A stretch of DNA of 63,678 bases, counting the filler. It is 5 parts of 5 records of this genome, joined end to end, with 100 filler letters (N's around TTAATTAATTAA, not from the genome) between each part and the next. Parts side by side here need not be neighbours in the genome. Positions count along the whole stretch, not along the records: positions 40,940 to 52,249 come from DRR378314_1168; positions 52,350 to 63,678 come from DRR378314_1169; 3 more parts are not named here. One strand, written 5' to 3'. Positions within the stretch are counted from its first letter, which is position 1. Every line of letters begins with the position of its first letter. The translations under genes were made by a program, and so were the position numbers. This document shows positions 42,679-54,505 of this stretch, one piece after another. The notes under the pieces are model-generated. The model searched no databases and was not told the origin of the DNA. It saw only the letters and a program-made list of their open reading frames with translations.

Positions 42679-45600
42679 CTACCGCACGTACATGCGGAGC
42701 GGAGCGGACTGGCCCCACGGACCACCGCTGTTGCTGATGAACGACGACAGGTTGGGGTCGTTGAGAGGGCATGCGGAGCCGAGATCGGCCACCGACCACG
42801 CAGGGCCGGTAGACGGCACATCGAACTGCGTGTTGTACCCACCGCAGCACGTGCCGCAGTCGTGGTCTTTGACGTGGAAGAACAGGTCCGTCGAGCACAG
42901 CCCGCTCTGCGACGGTGACGTCTTGCAGCACAGCGTCGTGAGGTTGCCCGTCGTCAGCGAGAAGCGCTGACCGTCATCGGTACCGCAGTTTGGCTGCGTA
43001 ATCGCCTGCTGGAACGTGTGGAAGGCCTTGGTGCCGTCGGACACCTCGCGGTATACGGCAAACAGATTGCCATTGGTGAACATGATGTCACGGAACGTGA
43101 GCGAATAGAACGCCTGCGACTTGAAATCCGAGTTGACAACGTCTGCGTCCGAGGACGGGCCAAAGGTAAGCGAGTCGGCGTTCATCTTCGACCGTGTCCA
43201 CCCGTTCCCGTCGGTGCGGAACTCGTTGGTCGCGATGAGCGTCCAGCCGCCTCCGTCCAGCTCGATGTCGCAGTGCGTCGAGAACGCGTTGCTCGGGTCG
43301 CCGCCATCAGGGTCAATGGTGTAGATGCCCGACGACGCATCGCCAAACAGCGCCTGGTTCTGCACAAGGTCCTTACACGAGCGGAACGTGGCACCGCCGA
43401 CGTACGCCTCGAGCGCGTCCGTGGCGTCGGTGGCGTTCCACGAGCATGTCGGCCCCGTGGCGCCGAAGCGCAGGCGCTCCGGACTGCCGCATGTCTGGAA
43501 CACTTGGCCGGGGTACGTCGGGTCGGCGGGCGAACACGCACTGGCTGACGCCAGGTGCGCGTCGGTGCCCATCGGGCCCGTCCACTGCGAGCTGGCGTAC
43601 TGGTACGACAGCGCCACGGCGTTGCGCAGGTTCGTGATTGGCTGCGCGAGCGGCTTAGACGTCGCGTACTCGGTCGTCCCGCGCCCAGTGGTCCGAATGT
43701 GCACCTGCGTAGAGAGCGACGCGAGACGCACCAGCTGCGTTGCCGCCGTGCCTGTGAAGTAGTTCGAGAACGACGAGCTCGCGCAGCTGGCAATGCGCGT
43801 CAGCCCGCCTCCGTGCAGCGTCATGTCGCACAGCACTTGGAGCGCGTCGGACGTGTCTCCGCCGTTGGGGTCGATCCAGTATGTGCCGTCGCCCGTGCTG
43901 CCGTACCGCGAGTCGATGTCCTTGCACGAGAAGCCGGCGAGCGCCTGCGACGACCCGACGAGCGCTGTTGTCGAGCGAACGAAAACACGTGTCTTGCGGA
44001 AGAACGTCGTCTCTGCACTGCGCTGCAGGCGGCCGGACGCGAGCTCGCGCACGCTGCCGTCGCGCGCCACCAGCCCGAGGCCCTCGACCGCACCGATGAT
44101 CCCAGACGCACATGTTGAGGCGTTTCCAAGCGACAGCCCAATGCGCGCGCTGTGCGACTCGCTGCTGTCCTCGGCAGTGCGGAGCTGGAGGTTCGCGCAC
44201 ACGTACCGGTCGACGCCGACGCCAACCTCGTTGATCCCCAGCACCGACGTTGGGAAGAAGAAGCGCGAAACCAAGTTCGGCGACGTTGCTGTCAACGTGC
44301 TGCCGCCTGCAAACGCGCTGCGGAGCGAAGTGACAGACGACGGGAACGTGAACACGGTCGCGACGCCGTCCATGTCGATCATGACCTGGTTGAACGCGAG
44401 CTCGTTGAACGACCGGTACTTGCTCGTGACGTCGTTTGTGAGCGACATGTCCATCGGATCTAGCGTCGAGTCCTGCGTCCACTGCGTGCTCGTAAAGTGC
44501 AGCGCGGTCGTCGCGTTCGAGTGCGACTTCAGAGCAAGCGTCCAACCACCGTCCTCGCGCGACATGTCGCAGTACACCGGGTACGCGTCCGAGTAGTTTC
44601 CGCCGGTTGTGTCGATGTAATACACCTTGTCAACGCTCGATTCGCCGGCGAGGCGCCCAGAGTTCTTGATGTCTGCGCACGACGTGCCGCCGATGACCGT
44701 GATGTTGAACGGTGAGTCCTGGATCGGCTGCCCGATGTCGCCCGCGATCGCCTCGTTCGGGTTGCCCGTGATGCCGACGACCGTCTGGCCCGTGCGTTGC
44801 ACGCGGTACTGCACGCGATACGAGCCGTCACCCAGGTCGGCAATCGAGCCCGAATCGCCCGTCGTCTTCCCCGTTTCCAGCGTGAACGAATCCGAGGAGC
44901 CGTAGAAGTCGTACGCGCGGAAGGTCGCAAAGAACTTGTCGCCGCCACTCGTGCGTCGGTTGCCGAACCCGTCGCGCGCCTCGATCACGAACTGATCGAG
45001 GCTCTTGAACGTGCTCTGCGACGCGCCTGTGCCGGAGACGGTAGACTTTGTCACATCGGTCGCCGCGGGGTTCACCGTGACCGTGAATGGGGACGACTTG
45101 ATGTGCGCCCACTCCGAACCGTTTCGCAGCTGTACGGCGATCTGGTACGAGCCGGACACGTTGGTCAGGTACGTCACCGAGTAGTCGCCGCAGCGCTGCT
45201 GCTGCTCGGTCGTGGTGGCGTTCACGCACAGGTCGACGACTTGGCCAGTGGTGTTGAACGGTCCCGTGATGTTCACCAGGAACTCGTCGCCGCCAGTGCC
45301 GCGGAAGTTTTCGTACGCATCCTTCGCCTGGATCGTGAACTGCGCCTGCACGCCGGCCGTCGCCAGCGTGATGCCCTGGTCCTTGGCCGTTGTCTTGCTC
45401 GCCGAGGTCGCGCCGGGCACAACACGCGGCTGGTGCTGCGCGACAAACTCGCCACCGACACCGCCGAACGTGATGTTCAGCTTGTACGTGTCGACAAAGT
45501 CCGCAATGTACCGGATTGTGTACAGTCCGTTGGCCAGGTCGGTCACCGTGTACGACCGCGTGGGCGTCAACCCGAAAGTTCCCTCGGACGACTTGGGCGA

Positions 45601-48600
45601 GCCGGGGCTCACGCCCTCGAAGAACAGAATCCACGAGTCGCCGCCGATGGTGCGGTTATTCGTGAAGCGATCGCGCGCCTGCAGCGTGAAGAACGCTGGC
45701 TCGCCAGCCGTGGCTAGCGTGAGGCCGCCGCCGTACATGAGCGAGCTCGTCGCGTGCGTCGCGGCAGGATGCAAAAAGTACGAGAACGGCGAGCCCTTGA
45801 CAGCGGTCTGCGCGCCGTTCTGCACGAGCGCGATGCTGATCGTGTGATTGCCCGCCGTGTCCGACGAGTAAGATACGTTGTACTTGCCGTTGCCTTGATC
45901 GAACGGACACGAGCCGCCCGAGCACGCCACTGCACCCGAGGGTCCGGTGATGTTGATGCTGAACGCATCACCGCCGCTCGAGCGCGCGTTTCCAAACGAG
46001 TCGCGCGCCTCGACTACGAACTGCGCCGATACGCCGGCCGTTGCGTTGTACACACTGTCCGTGACGGTAGTTTCGCTGCCGTTGATCACGTTTGGCCGTA
46101 CCGTGGCGGTCGAAGGAGACCCGTCTATCTCTGCGTACGATGTTGCGCCGGTCTTGAGCTCGGTCTTGACCGAATACGATCCGGCCACGGTCGCCGTGTA
46201 GCGCGCGGAGTAGCGCCCAGTGCCCACTCCGGCGTACTCGATGGAGCCGTTGTGCGTGGCCGGGCCCGACACGCGCACGCGGAACTCGTGACCGCTGCGG
46301 GACTTGTCGTTGCCGTACTCGTCCTTCGTCTGAATGGTGAACAGCGCCTCGACACCGGCGGTGGCATCGGTGAGCCCCGAGCCAGCCAGCGCGCCGTCCG
46401 CGTTGGTCTTCGACGCGGAAATCACGTTGGGCACAACGGTCACCGTCTGCCCGCTGCCGTTGACGGGGGCGCCAGAGCCGCCGCCTGGCGCAACGAAGAG
46501 CGCGCTAAACGTGTACGTGCCCGCGCGCGTCACTGTCAGCGTTGCATTGTACGTGCCGTCGCTGCGGTCGGCCGCCGTCACAAGCACAGTTTCCGGACCA
46601 ACCACCTGGGCGCGGAACGTTTCGCCTCCCGTCGTGCGCGCGTTGCCAAACTCATCGCGTGCAGTGATGATTGTCGAGCGCGACGCTCCGGCGGTGCCCG
46701 AGGCAAACTCCGTCACCGACGAGCGCGCGGCCGACGTTGTAGCGGGGTCGACGACAAACGCGTACGGGCTGCCGCTGATTTCTGCGCCCTGGAGCTCGAT
46801 GCGCAGGCGATACGATTTCGACGCCACAGTCTCGTTCACGGTGACGGTGTACGCGCCATTGGCGAGGTCCGTCACGTTTGTAATCGAGCGCGACACATTT
46901 TCCCGCGCGAGGTCGATCAACGAGACGCTGAACGAGTCGCCGCCCGACTCACGGTCGTTTGCAAACCGGTCCTTGCCTTGGATGCCAAACGACGACAGCT
47001 GCCCGGCAGTTGCGAGCGAGATCCCGCTTGCGACAGTCGTCGCCGGGACGATGCTGTCCGGGTACACGCGGATTGTCCTTCCGTTTCCTTGGATAGCCGA
47101 ATCCGTGATTGTGCCACTGATCGGGTCGATCCGGCGGAGCACAGCACGTAGTGTGTACTCGCCACTGACGGTCGCGTTGTACGTGGCGCGATGCTGGCCC
47201 GAAGTGCCACCCGCGTACGACACGCTCGCTCCGACCGTGATGCCGGCCTTGGTTTTGTGCGTGAGCGAAGCGACAAACGTGTCTGTGCCGACAGGCCGGT
47301 TGTTGCCGAACGAATCCTTCGCTTGGATTGTGAAAAACGCTTCGGCTCCCGCTGTCGAATTGACGAGACCGTTGCCAGCGAGCGCCGGGTCCGCGACCGA
47401 CTCGTTCTCATGCGTGGCCGCGGAATGGATCGTTGCCTGCGAACCGTCGCCGGCGATCGGATAGTACGCGCCGTCCACGCGCAGCCGCAGCGTGTAGTTG
47501 TACACGCCGGCGACAATGGGCGTGAAGGACCCGACGTAGATCCCGTTCCCGTTGTCTGTCAGCGAAGAGCTGAGGTCGAACGTGGCGCCGCCGCCGTTGC
47601 GCTCCGCAATTACCCTGAAAACGTCCCCGCCCTTGGTGATCCGGTTCTCGAAGCGATCGCGCGCAGTTATCGTGAGCGGGATTGCTACGCCTGCCGTGCC
47701 GAGCGTCAAACCGGAGCCGGTGGCGAACGTCTTCGCCGCGTCCGTCACGGCAGTGAAGGCGGTCACGTTGAACGGCGACCCATTGATATGCTCGGCTTCG
47801 CCAGAGTCCTTGTTCGGCAGTGTAATGTCAAGAGAGAAGTTGCCGTCGCGCGTTGCAACGTATGAGACAACGTACTGCCCATTTTGTTGGTCGCTGATGT
47901 TTGCCGAGGGAACCTGCAGCGTGTACGAAGACCCGAGGTTGCTCGTTCCCGAGAGAGTCACGTTGTAGTTGTCGCCGCCGACAGTGCGCGTGTTGTTGAA
48001 GCGATCGCGCGACTGGATCGTAAACTGCGCCACCGTGCCTGCGGTAGCCACGCCCAGGCCTGATCCTGTCGCAGTGCAGAACGACGGGCTGACGTGACCA
48101 GGCTGGACGGTGAGCGTCGACCCCGAGCCAATGATGGGGGTTTCGGTCCCATTTGCAACGAGTTTCACTGTCACCGTGTAGCTTCCGAGTACCAGCGGGT
48201 CGTACGTGACTGTGTACGTGCCGTTGGCGTGGTCCGAAATCGACGGAGAGATCGACGCAGGTCCCGAGAACTCGATTTTCCACGTATCGTTCCCGCTGAT
48301 GCGGTTATTGTTGTAAAAGTCGCGCGCCTGGATCGTAAACTTGCTTTGCGCTCCTGCAGTGGCCGACTGCAGCCCATCGCCGGGCGGTCCTGCTGACGAA
48401 CGGGCCGGATACGTCGCAGCGGGAAAGACAAACACGTCGTACGGGCTCCCCTGGATGGGCAGCTGTTCGCTGTCCATGTCGATGCTGACGCTGTAGTTTC
48501 CGGACTTGGTCGGCTGGTAGCGCACGATGTACGTTCCATCATCCGGGTCCGAAATCGTCGGGGTCAGAGTCGTCCCGTCGACATGCTTGATCTCAATCGT

Positions 48601-50451
48601 AAAATTGTTTCCGCCGGTGCGGACATTGCGCGAGCAGATGTCTCGAGTCTGGATGGTCAGAGTTTGCAGTTCACCTGCTGTCCCTTTCGTGACGCCACCG
48701 CCAGTTGCATTGGTGGTCTCGGTAAACGGGAGTCCGTGCTGGTTTCCTGTACGAGGTGGATAAGGCCACGAACGAGATCCGCACGCAAGCGGAGCACGGC
48801 GCAGTGAGAATGATTCGAAAACACAACACAACAAATCTCACCGCAAGAACCTCCGGGGAAGCGCACTGCGCTGTTGTGGTCTTGTTCCTCGATCTTTGAG
48901 AGTTGGCCCGCTGCCCCGAGTATAGCGGCTGAAATTTTAGTCGGTGGGAAGAGGACTCTCGGTGTGCTCCGTGCTGGGTCACGTGCAGCGCAGGCACGTG
49001 GGCGGACGCGAATCGGCCATAGCAACGCGCACAACTGTTCAGATTCAACACTGCGACGCACCTGAAAGATCTTCGCATCGATGGCGAATGCGGACTTTGA
49101 CCGATCCTAGGTCCGCAATCGTCTCGCGAGTAAAGCTGCATAGACAATACGCGAACATAGGCCACGTGCGCGAGGCTTCAGCTGCTGTTTCTTGGGAGAT
49201 AAACACACACTTTCAAACAAGGGCCATCTGAACGCCAGGGCGAGAAGCAGACTCGACGCATTCTTTTTTTCGCTCGTAGCAAGGAAAAAAGCCACTGAGC
49301 TGAAACAGATGGCTGGTGAAAAAAAGAGAGAGAAATACTTCATCTACGAAACAGTCCGCTCTTGGCAGAGCTGGCGAGCGGGGCGACGCGAAAAGCTAGG
49401 AGCCCCAAACCGCAACGCAGAAATCGCTGCCAGCGAACGGCCTTCCGTCCGGGACATCCGCAGTCTGGCACCGCATAGAATAGCCAGTGCGATCCCGCCA
49501 ACCCGTAATGGCGGAGCATGAGAGCCATAAGAATGACGACAACTCGGAGGGTTCCCTGCGGAGGTAAAAGACCGCGGATCTTCTGCCGCCAAGACCACGC
49601 GCCGCACAACGCAGCGGCGGCAGCCCGTGGGCGTGGCGGAGCTGGACCGCTTGGGAAAGGGCCATCCAGCCTATACGCAACGAGGAGCCCCGCGGGTTCA
49701 GCAACAGCTTCCGGCACAGCCACTCGATTGACGATCAGTAGCAGTACGATGTCATACAACAAGTAGCAGTATATTCGAATGTGCACAGCTAGCACGGGAA
49801 CAGCGACGTGCTTTTTCTTTTCACTTGCGAACCTGAGCGGTTCAGATCGACGCGGCAAGGACCGCCCGAAACAAGCCCTGTCCGGCGCATTAGTTTCACC
49901 GCCACCAGGAACTCGCTCCGCGAAGAAGTGAAGCGGCGCCTACTATCTTTCCACCCGCCGGAACACAAATGGAACAAACATTCTCAAAGATTGCCAATTT
50001 TACGCGGAATATCTCACGCGAGCGGGTGCAACCGCGGGTGTCTCACGCGAGCACGCACACCGACCAGGCCGAAGCGGCGGTGCGCTGCGGCGCGCACGGC
50101 TGCAGGCAAGCGGCGTTCCTCTTTTGGGGGGCCTCGCCGCCTGCTCGCGCAGTGTTGCCCCGCGGGTAAGCGGTCGGCCGACAGCCCGAGGCGCCACAGA
50201 CACACAGCCTCGCTTTGCGCGCGCTCTCTGCTGTTCACAAAACGCAGCGCAAACCACCGCTAAAATGCAAATATAACACCCCGCCCACACCGGTAACATA
50301 TCGCCATCGAATACAATGGCAGCGAATATGTTAAACTCCTTGGATTTTCGCCCACTCCCCACGCCCGGTCAACGTACTCTTGCGCAGCCACGTGAACCGC
50401 CAGCGCGGTGACCAGGACGGCCAGGAGCGCTGGGCGCACGGTTCGAAGCAT
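42679..50451 (-). CDS. Giant secreted protein: signal peptide + 12 filamin/Ig-like repeats + 3 fibrinogen/intelectin-like domains (~2100 aa)
   Basis: Main exon 48746-42679. Phase-compatible upstream exons are 48928-48842, 49135-49062 and 50451-50378 (MLRTVRPALLAVLVTALAVHVAAQ). Repeats read G.GL..ATAG...FTI.ARD.FGN....GGD.F....D..NG.Y.V.Y....G.Y....GSPF. There are three SC.DI..G.Y.ID.....V.CDM...GGWT units. The 5' exon structure is less certain than the main exon. Confidence 0.85.
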
Positions 50452-51931
50452 AGCGTTTGGGGCGCTTGCACAGAGTCGCAGGTGCGAATGATGCGTGGCC
50501 GCAGTTCCGTCGTGTTGCTGCTCGACGACGGCAGAATTTCTTTTTCTCAGCTAAAGCCGGCGATTTGATATGCACTTTCCTGTTTGGCGATAGGTATATG
50601 CAAGGCACGGGCGAGAAACGGTCAGCTTCGTCGCCGCAGCGGTGCACACTGCGGGCGACAGGATACGGAGCACCACGCACAAGGCGTGCGCTGCTTGGCG
50701 TCCGGGTGTCGCTGCTTGGCAGCAGGCGGCAGCGCGGGGTGCTCGGCCGGGCGTGTTGCCGAAACGGTGAACCTAAGAGCGCACATATTCCTAGTCAGAT
50801 TGACTGCAGTGTACCACACAGCGTCCCAGACGCGCTGCTGCGAGCGCGCGCCTTGGCCACAGCGCCGCGGGCCCCGTCGAAATGAACAATTACAAACAGA
50901 GGAAGCCCGCGTAGACGCATTTCTTTCACAAAACCAGTTCGCTATGTGTCTGTGTCATGCGAATCGGGAGCGATGGGGCGAGGGAAAGCGCGGATCCAGC
51001 GGTGGGTGACGGTGCGCTGAACGCGGCGGCACAGCAAAGGCTGCCGACGCAGGTCTGAGCACCGGATGTGGAGCGGCGCTCCCCCTGCAAAGAGCAACAA
51101 ACCGCGCGAACTGAACGCCCTACTCTGCCATGTCTCTTCATGAAACGAGCAAACTGGAAGCTTCTTCCAACTACAGGGAATGCCCATATTGAAAATAAAC
51201 CTCAGCGGATCGTCTATTGCGTGCAGCGCAACTGGAGGGTTAGGAAGGCGCGCGCACGTACCGCTCAGCGAAACGGTGCACCACACGGGTCCGGAGAGGC
51301 GAAGAGCAGCTCCTCGCGGCGGTTTACGCGTGTTGGCGCACGCTGGGGTGCTGGAGCGCTGAGCGGGCGAGCGGTATGTGTTTCCCCTACCCTACTGCTA
51401 AACCAACCATCAGAGCGCGCGCGGGCCGTTCCAAGCGAACTTCGGCCACGAGCGCTTTCGTTGTCTCCTTCCTCCAGCCCGCGCAATGCTCTTTGCACCG
51501 TAGCTGGCGAAATGTGGTTCTTTTTGCGGGGGTTGCTACTATGTCTCTGGGCGGAAGCGGCGTAGGCTTACGGAGCACAGACCTTCATCTCGCCGCCGTT
51601 GCACCGGTGGAGGATGGCGACAGAACCAGTGCGTTGACCCGATGCTCTGACCACGAGGACAAGGCGCACGTGCACCCCCCTGCATGCAACCAAGGCTTAT
51701 CGATTGCCATGTGACTCGGCACACAAACCACTGCCCCGTGTGTTTTAGGGGTAGTTATATCACGAGATCATGAATTCACAGAAGAGAGAACGCGCGCGTT
51801 CATTTCGCCCGGCTCACTGAAACGGAGCTGCACCACGCAGCATGAAAAGCCCAAGCAGCAAGAAGCGCGCAAGCTGCACAGCACCACCACAAGCCACCTC
51901 GGTGGGTGAGGCGCCGCCCGCCAACATCATT

Positions 51932-52087
51932 TCATTTCATGGTTTTATCGAACCATTCCTTGTTCAACTTGTACAGAATAGGAATAAAGAAATCCGCAAA
52001 GGGGCGGAAACGGTCACCCATCTTCTGGGCAAGCAGCACCAGCGTGTCGCACGTCTCTTTGACAATCGTGCCCTTCTTGTCGCTCGC
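51932..52087 (-). CDS. Probable terminal exon with a TOG/CLASP-like HEAT repeat (5' partial)
   Basis: After a GCAG acceptor it reads ASDKKGTIVKETCDTLVLLAQKMGDRFRPFADFFIPILYKLNKEWFDKTMK-stop, resembling the CLASP D.RS.VV.EAC..L..L...LG..F..FA....P.L repeat. Confidence 0.55.
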   Translation of the reverse strand, partial: ASDKKGTIVKETCDTLVLLAQKMGDRFRPFADFFIPILYKLNKEWFDKTMK

Positions 52088-52249
52088 CTGCCCAACATAG
52101 TATCCGCAGACAAGGCACGGGTAGAAAAATCAGTTTCATTAGCCAGTACGATATCAGCGAGCAGAAAATACACGTTCTCGTCTACGGGAAAAACACTGTC
52201 TTCTCGGTGGCGAGCGAACGTGCAATCGAAACAATCCATACGCTGGCAG

Positions 52250-52349
52250 NNNNNNNNNNNNNNNNNNNNNNNNNNNNNNNNNNNNNNNNNNNNTTAATTA
52301 ATTAANNNNNNNNNNNNNNNNNNNNNNNNNNNNNNNNNNNNNNNNNNNN
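52250..52349. other. Artificial contig spacer
   Basis: N-run with a TTAATTAATTAA core. Confidence 0.98.
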
Positions 52350-52377
52350 CCTTCAAATATATTTGAAGGCTTTTTTT
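52350..52377. terminator. Partial terminator hairpin downstream of ilvE
   Basis: CTTCAAAT-AT-ATTTGAAG followed by GCTTTTTTT; cut by the contig edge. Confidence 0.55.
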
Positions 52378-52395
52378 ATCATATATGATTAAAGA

Positions 52396-53451
52396 TTACA
52401 ATTCAACTCTCCAGCCATAAGGGTCTTCAGCTTTGTTTGTTTGTATATCTGTTATTTTTTTCTTTAAAATTGAAGCATAAGGATTTTCTAATTCTGGTAA
52501 ATCATAGTCTTCATTTTTATAGCCAAATCCAGCAATAGGAGAAATAACTGCGGCTGTACCTGCTCCAAACAATTCTTTTAAGCTTCCATCTTTGGCTGCG
52601 TTTACAACTTCAGTAACGGTAATTTTACGTTCTTCGACAGAAATATTGTTGTCTTTTGCAATCTGAATTATACTTTTACGTGTAATTCCATCAAGAATTC
52701 TATCAGAAGTTGGACTTGTAATTAGAGTGTCATTAATTCTAACAAATATATTCATGGCTCCAGCTTCTTCAATGTATTCGTGTGTATTGTCATCTGTCCA
52801 TATTACTTGCTGATATCCTTTTTCTACAGCTAACTGTGTTGGGTAAAACTGTGCAGCATAATTACCGCCAGCCTTAGCAAAACCAACACCGCCATTTGCA
52901 GCACGAGCATATTTTTCTTCAATTAATACTTTTACTTTACCTGAGAAGTAAGCTCCAGAAGGTGCAGTACAGATAATTAGTTTGTATTCATCTGCAGGTG
53001 ATGCATGAAATCCGTTTCCAGAAGCAAACATAAATGGTCTTATGTATAAAGAACTTCCATCATTAGTAGGAATCCAGGCATTATCAATTTCCAATAACTT
53101 GCTTAAACCATCCATGAAAATATCTTCAGGAATTTGCGGAATTACCATTCTTTCTGCTGATTTATTTAGTCTTTTGCAATTGTCTAAAGGTCTAAATAAA
53201 AGAGTGTTGTTATTGGCATCTTTATAGGCTTTCATTCCTTCAAAAATAGACTGCCCGTAATGGAAAATTTTAGCAGAAGGATCTAATTGAATTGGAGCAT
53301 AAGGTTGGATTGTAGCATTTTGCCATTTTCCATCTTTAAAATCACAAACAAACATGTGATCAGAAAAAATACTTCCAAAAGATAGGTTGTTAAAATCTAT
53401 AGATTCTAATCTTGAATTATCGGTAAGTTTAATATTTATATTTGTATTCAT
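52396..53451 (-). CDS. ilvE: Branched-chain amino acid aminotransferase
   Basis: HYGQSIFEGMKAY, LYIRPF, AKAGGNYA, EEAGAMN, ILDGITR and GTAAVISP motifs. Confidence 0.95.
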   Translation of the reverse strand: MNTNINIKLTDNSRLESIDFNNLSFGSIFSDHMFVCDFKDGKWQNATIQPYAPIQLDPSAKIFHYGQSIFEGMKAYKDANNNTLLFRPLDNCKRLNKSAERMVIPQIPEDIFMDGLSKLLEIDNAWIPTNDGSSLYIRPFMFASGNGFHASPADEYKLIICTAPSGAYFSGKVKVLIEEKYARAANGGVGFAKAGGNYAAQFYPTQLAVEKGYQQVIWTDDNTHEYIEEAGAMNIFVRINDTLITSPTSDRILDGITRKSIIQIAKDNNISVEERKITVTEVVNAAKDGSLKELFGAGTAAVISPIAGFGYKNEDYDLPELENPYASILKKKITDIQTNKAEDPYGWRVEL

Positions 53452-53475
53452 TATTTCAAATGATTTTTGATGGCG

Positions 53476-53545
53476 CAAAGGTACGTAATTTATAAGGTAT
53501 TTAAATTAGATCTAAGCTTATTTATTGTTTAAATTAGTACATTTG
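53476..53545. promoter_or_regulatory. Divergent Bacteroidota promoters (-7 elements)
   Basis: TACCTTTG on the minus strand (53476-53483, for ilvE) and TACATTTG on the plus strand (53538-53545, for DUF4920). Both fit TAnnTTTG. Confidence 0.7.
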
Positions 53546-53572
53546 TAATGAATGTGTTAAAAATTGAATATC

Positions 53573-54079
53573 ATGAAATTAGTATTAAAAATTAGCCTAG
53601 TATTTTTAGTGTTTTTTACTGCATGTAAAGATGCTAATAAAGAGAAAAAAGAAGATAATAAAACAGAGGCAACTATTAGTTATGAATCTTATGGAGCCGA
53701 GATTTCTGATGATGGAATGATAGATTCTAAAACAATGTTAAAGAAATTTAATGGTTTAAAAGTAGGAGATACTTTAAATATAAAGTTTGCTTCTAAAATT
53801 AATGAGGTATGTTCTAAAAAAGGATGTTGGATGAAATTAGATTTGACAAACAATGAAGAAACTATGGTTCGTTTTAAAGATTACGGATTTTTTATGCCCT
53901 TAGACGCTAACGGAAGAGAAGTAGTAGTAAATGGTAAAGCGTATGTTAAAGAAACTTCTGTAAAAGAATTAAAGCATTATGCTGAAGATGCTGGTAAATC
54001 AAAAGAAGAAATTGCTAAAATTACTCAACCTAAAAGGACTTTGGCTTTTGAAGCTGATGGAGTTCTAATGAAAAAGTAA
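53573..54079 (+). CDS. DUF4920 lipoprotein
   Basis: Lipobox FTAC, VCSKKGCWM, VRFKDYGFFMP and HYAEDAG motifs. Confidence 0.88.
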   Translation: MKLVLKISLVFLVFFTACKDANKEKKEDNKTEATISYESYGAEISDDGMIDSKTMLKKFNGLKVGDTLNIKFASKINEVCSKKGCWMKLDLTNNEETMVRFKDYGFFMPLDANGREVVVNGKAYVKETSVKELKHYAEDAGKSKEEIAKITQPKRTLAFEADGVLMKK

Positions 54080-54504
54080 TGAAAAAAATAATATTAATAT
54101 TAGTTGCTTTGTTTTTAGTATCATGTAATCCTGAACCTAAAAAGAAAAAAGTTATTATTACAAAAGGAAAAATACAAAAGCAGTCAGAAATGGCTGCTTT
54201 AATGTTGTTAATGTATGAGACAAACGAAGCGAATAAAAAGTTGATTTTGGCTGGTAAAGCTCCGAAAGAGTTTCCTGAAGAGGTGTTGAAAATACATTCA
54301 GCTACTTTAACAGATCCTTCAGTAAGGAAGCCCGAATTTAAATCGTTTTCTAATTTCTATATAGAGAATTTAAGAAAAGTTTTTGAGCCTACTAAAGATT
54401 CATTAAGAGTTAAACATAACAATGTGATAAATAGTTGTATTACTTGTCATCAAACAACTTGTGTGGGTCCAATTCCAAAAATAAAAAAGTTATTGATTCA
54501 ATAA
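54079..54504 (+). CDS. Lipoprotein with a C-terminal CxxCH (putative c-type cytochrome)
   Basis: Lipobox LVSC, SEMAALM and CITCHQTTC near the C-terminus. TAATG coupling to DUF4920. Confidence 0.7.
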   Translation: MKKIILILVALFLVSCNPEPKKKKVIITKGKIQKQSEMAALMLLMYETNEANKKLILAGKAPKEFPEEVLKIHSATLTDPSVRKPEFKSFSNFYIENLRKVFEPTKDSLRVKHNNVINSCITCHQTTCVGPIPKIKKLLIQ

Positions 54505-54505
54505 T

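Noticed and set aside
43655-47865. Many long overlapping ORFs (up to 465 aa) across the filamin gene
   Set aside because: They are Arg/Ala-rich alternative-frame or antisense shadows of a GC-rich coding exon.
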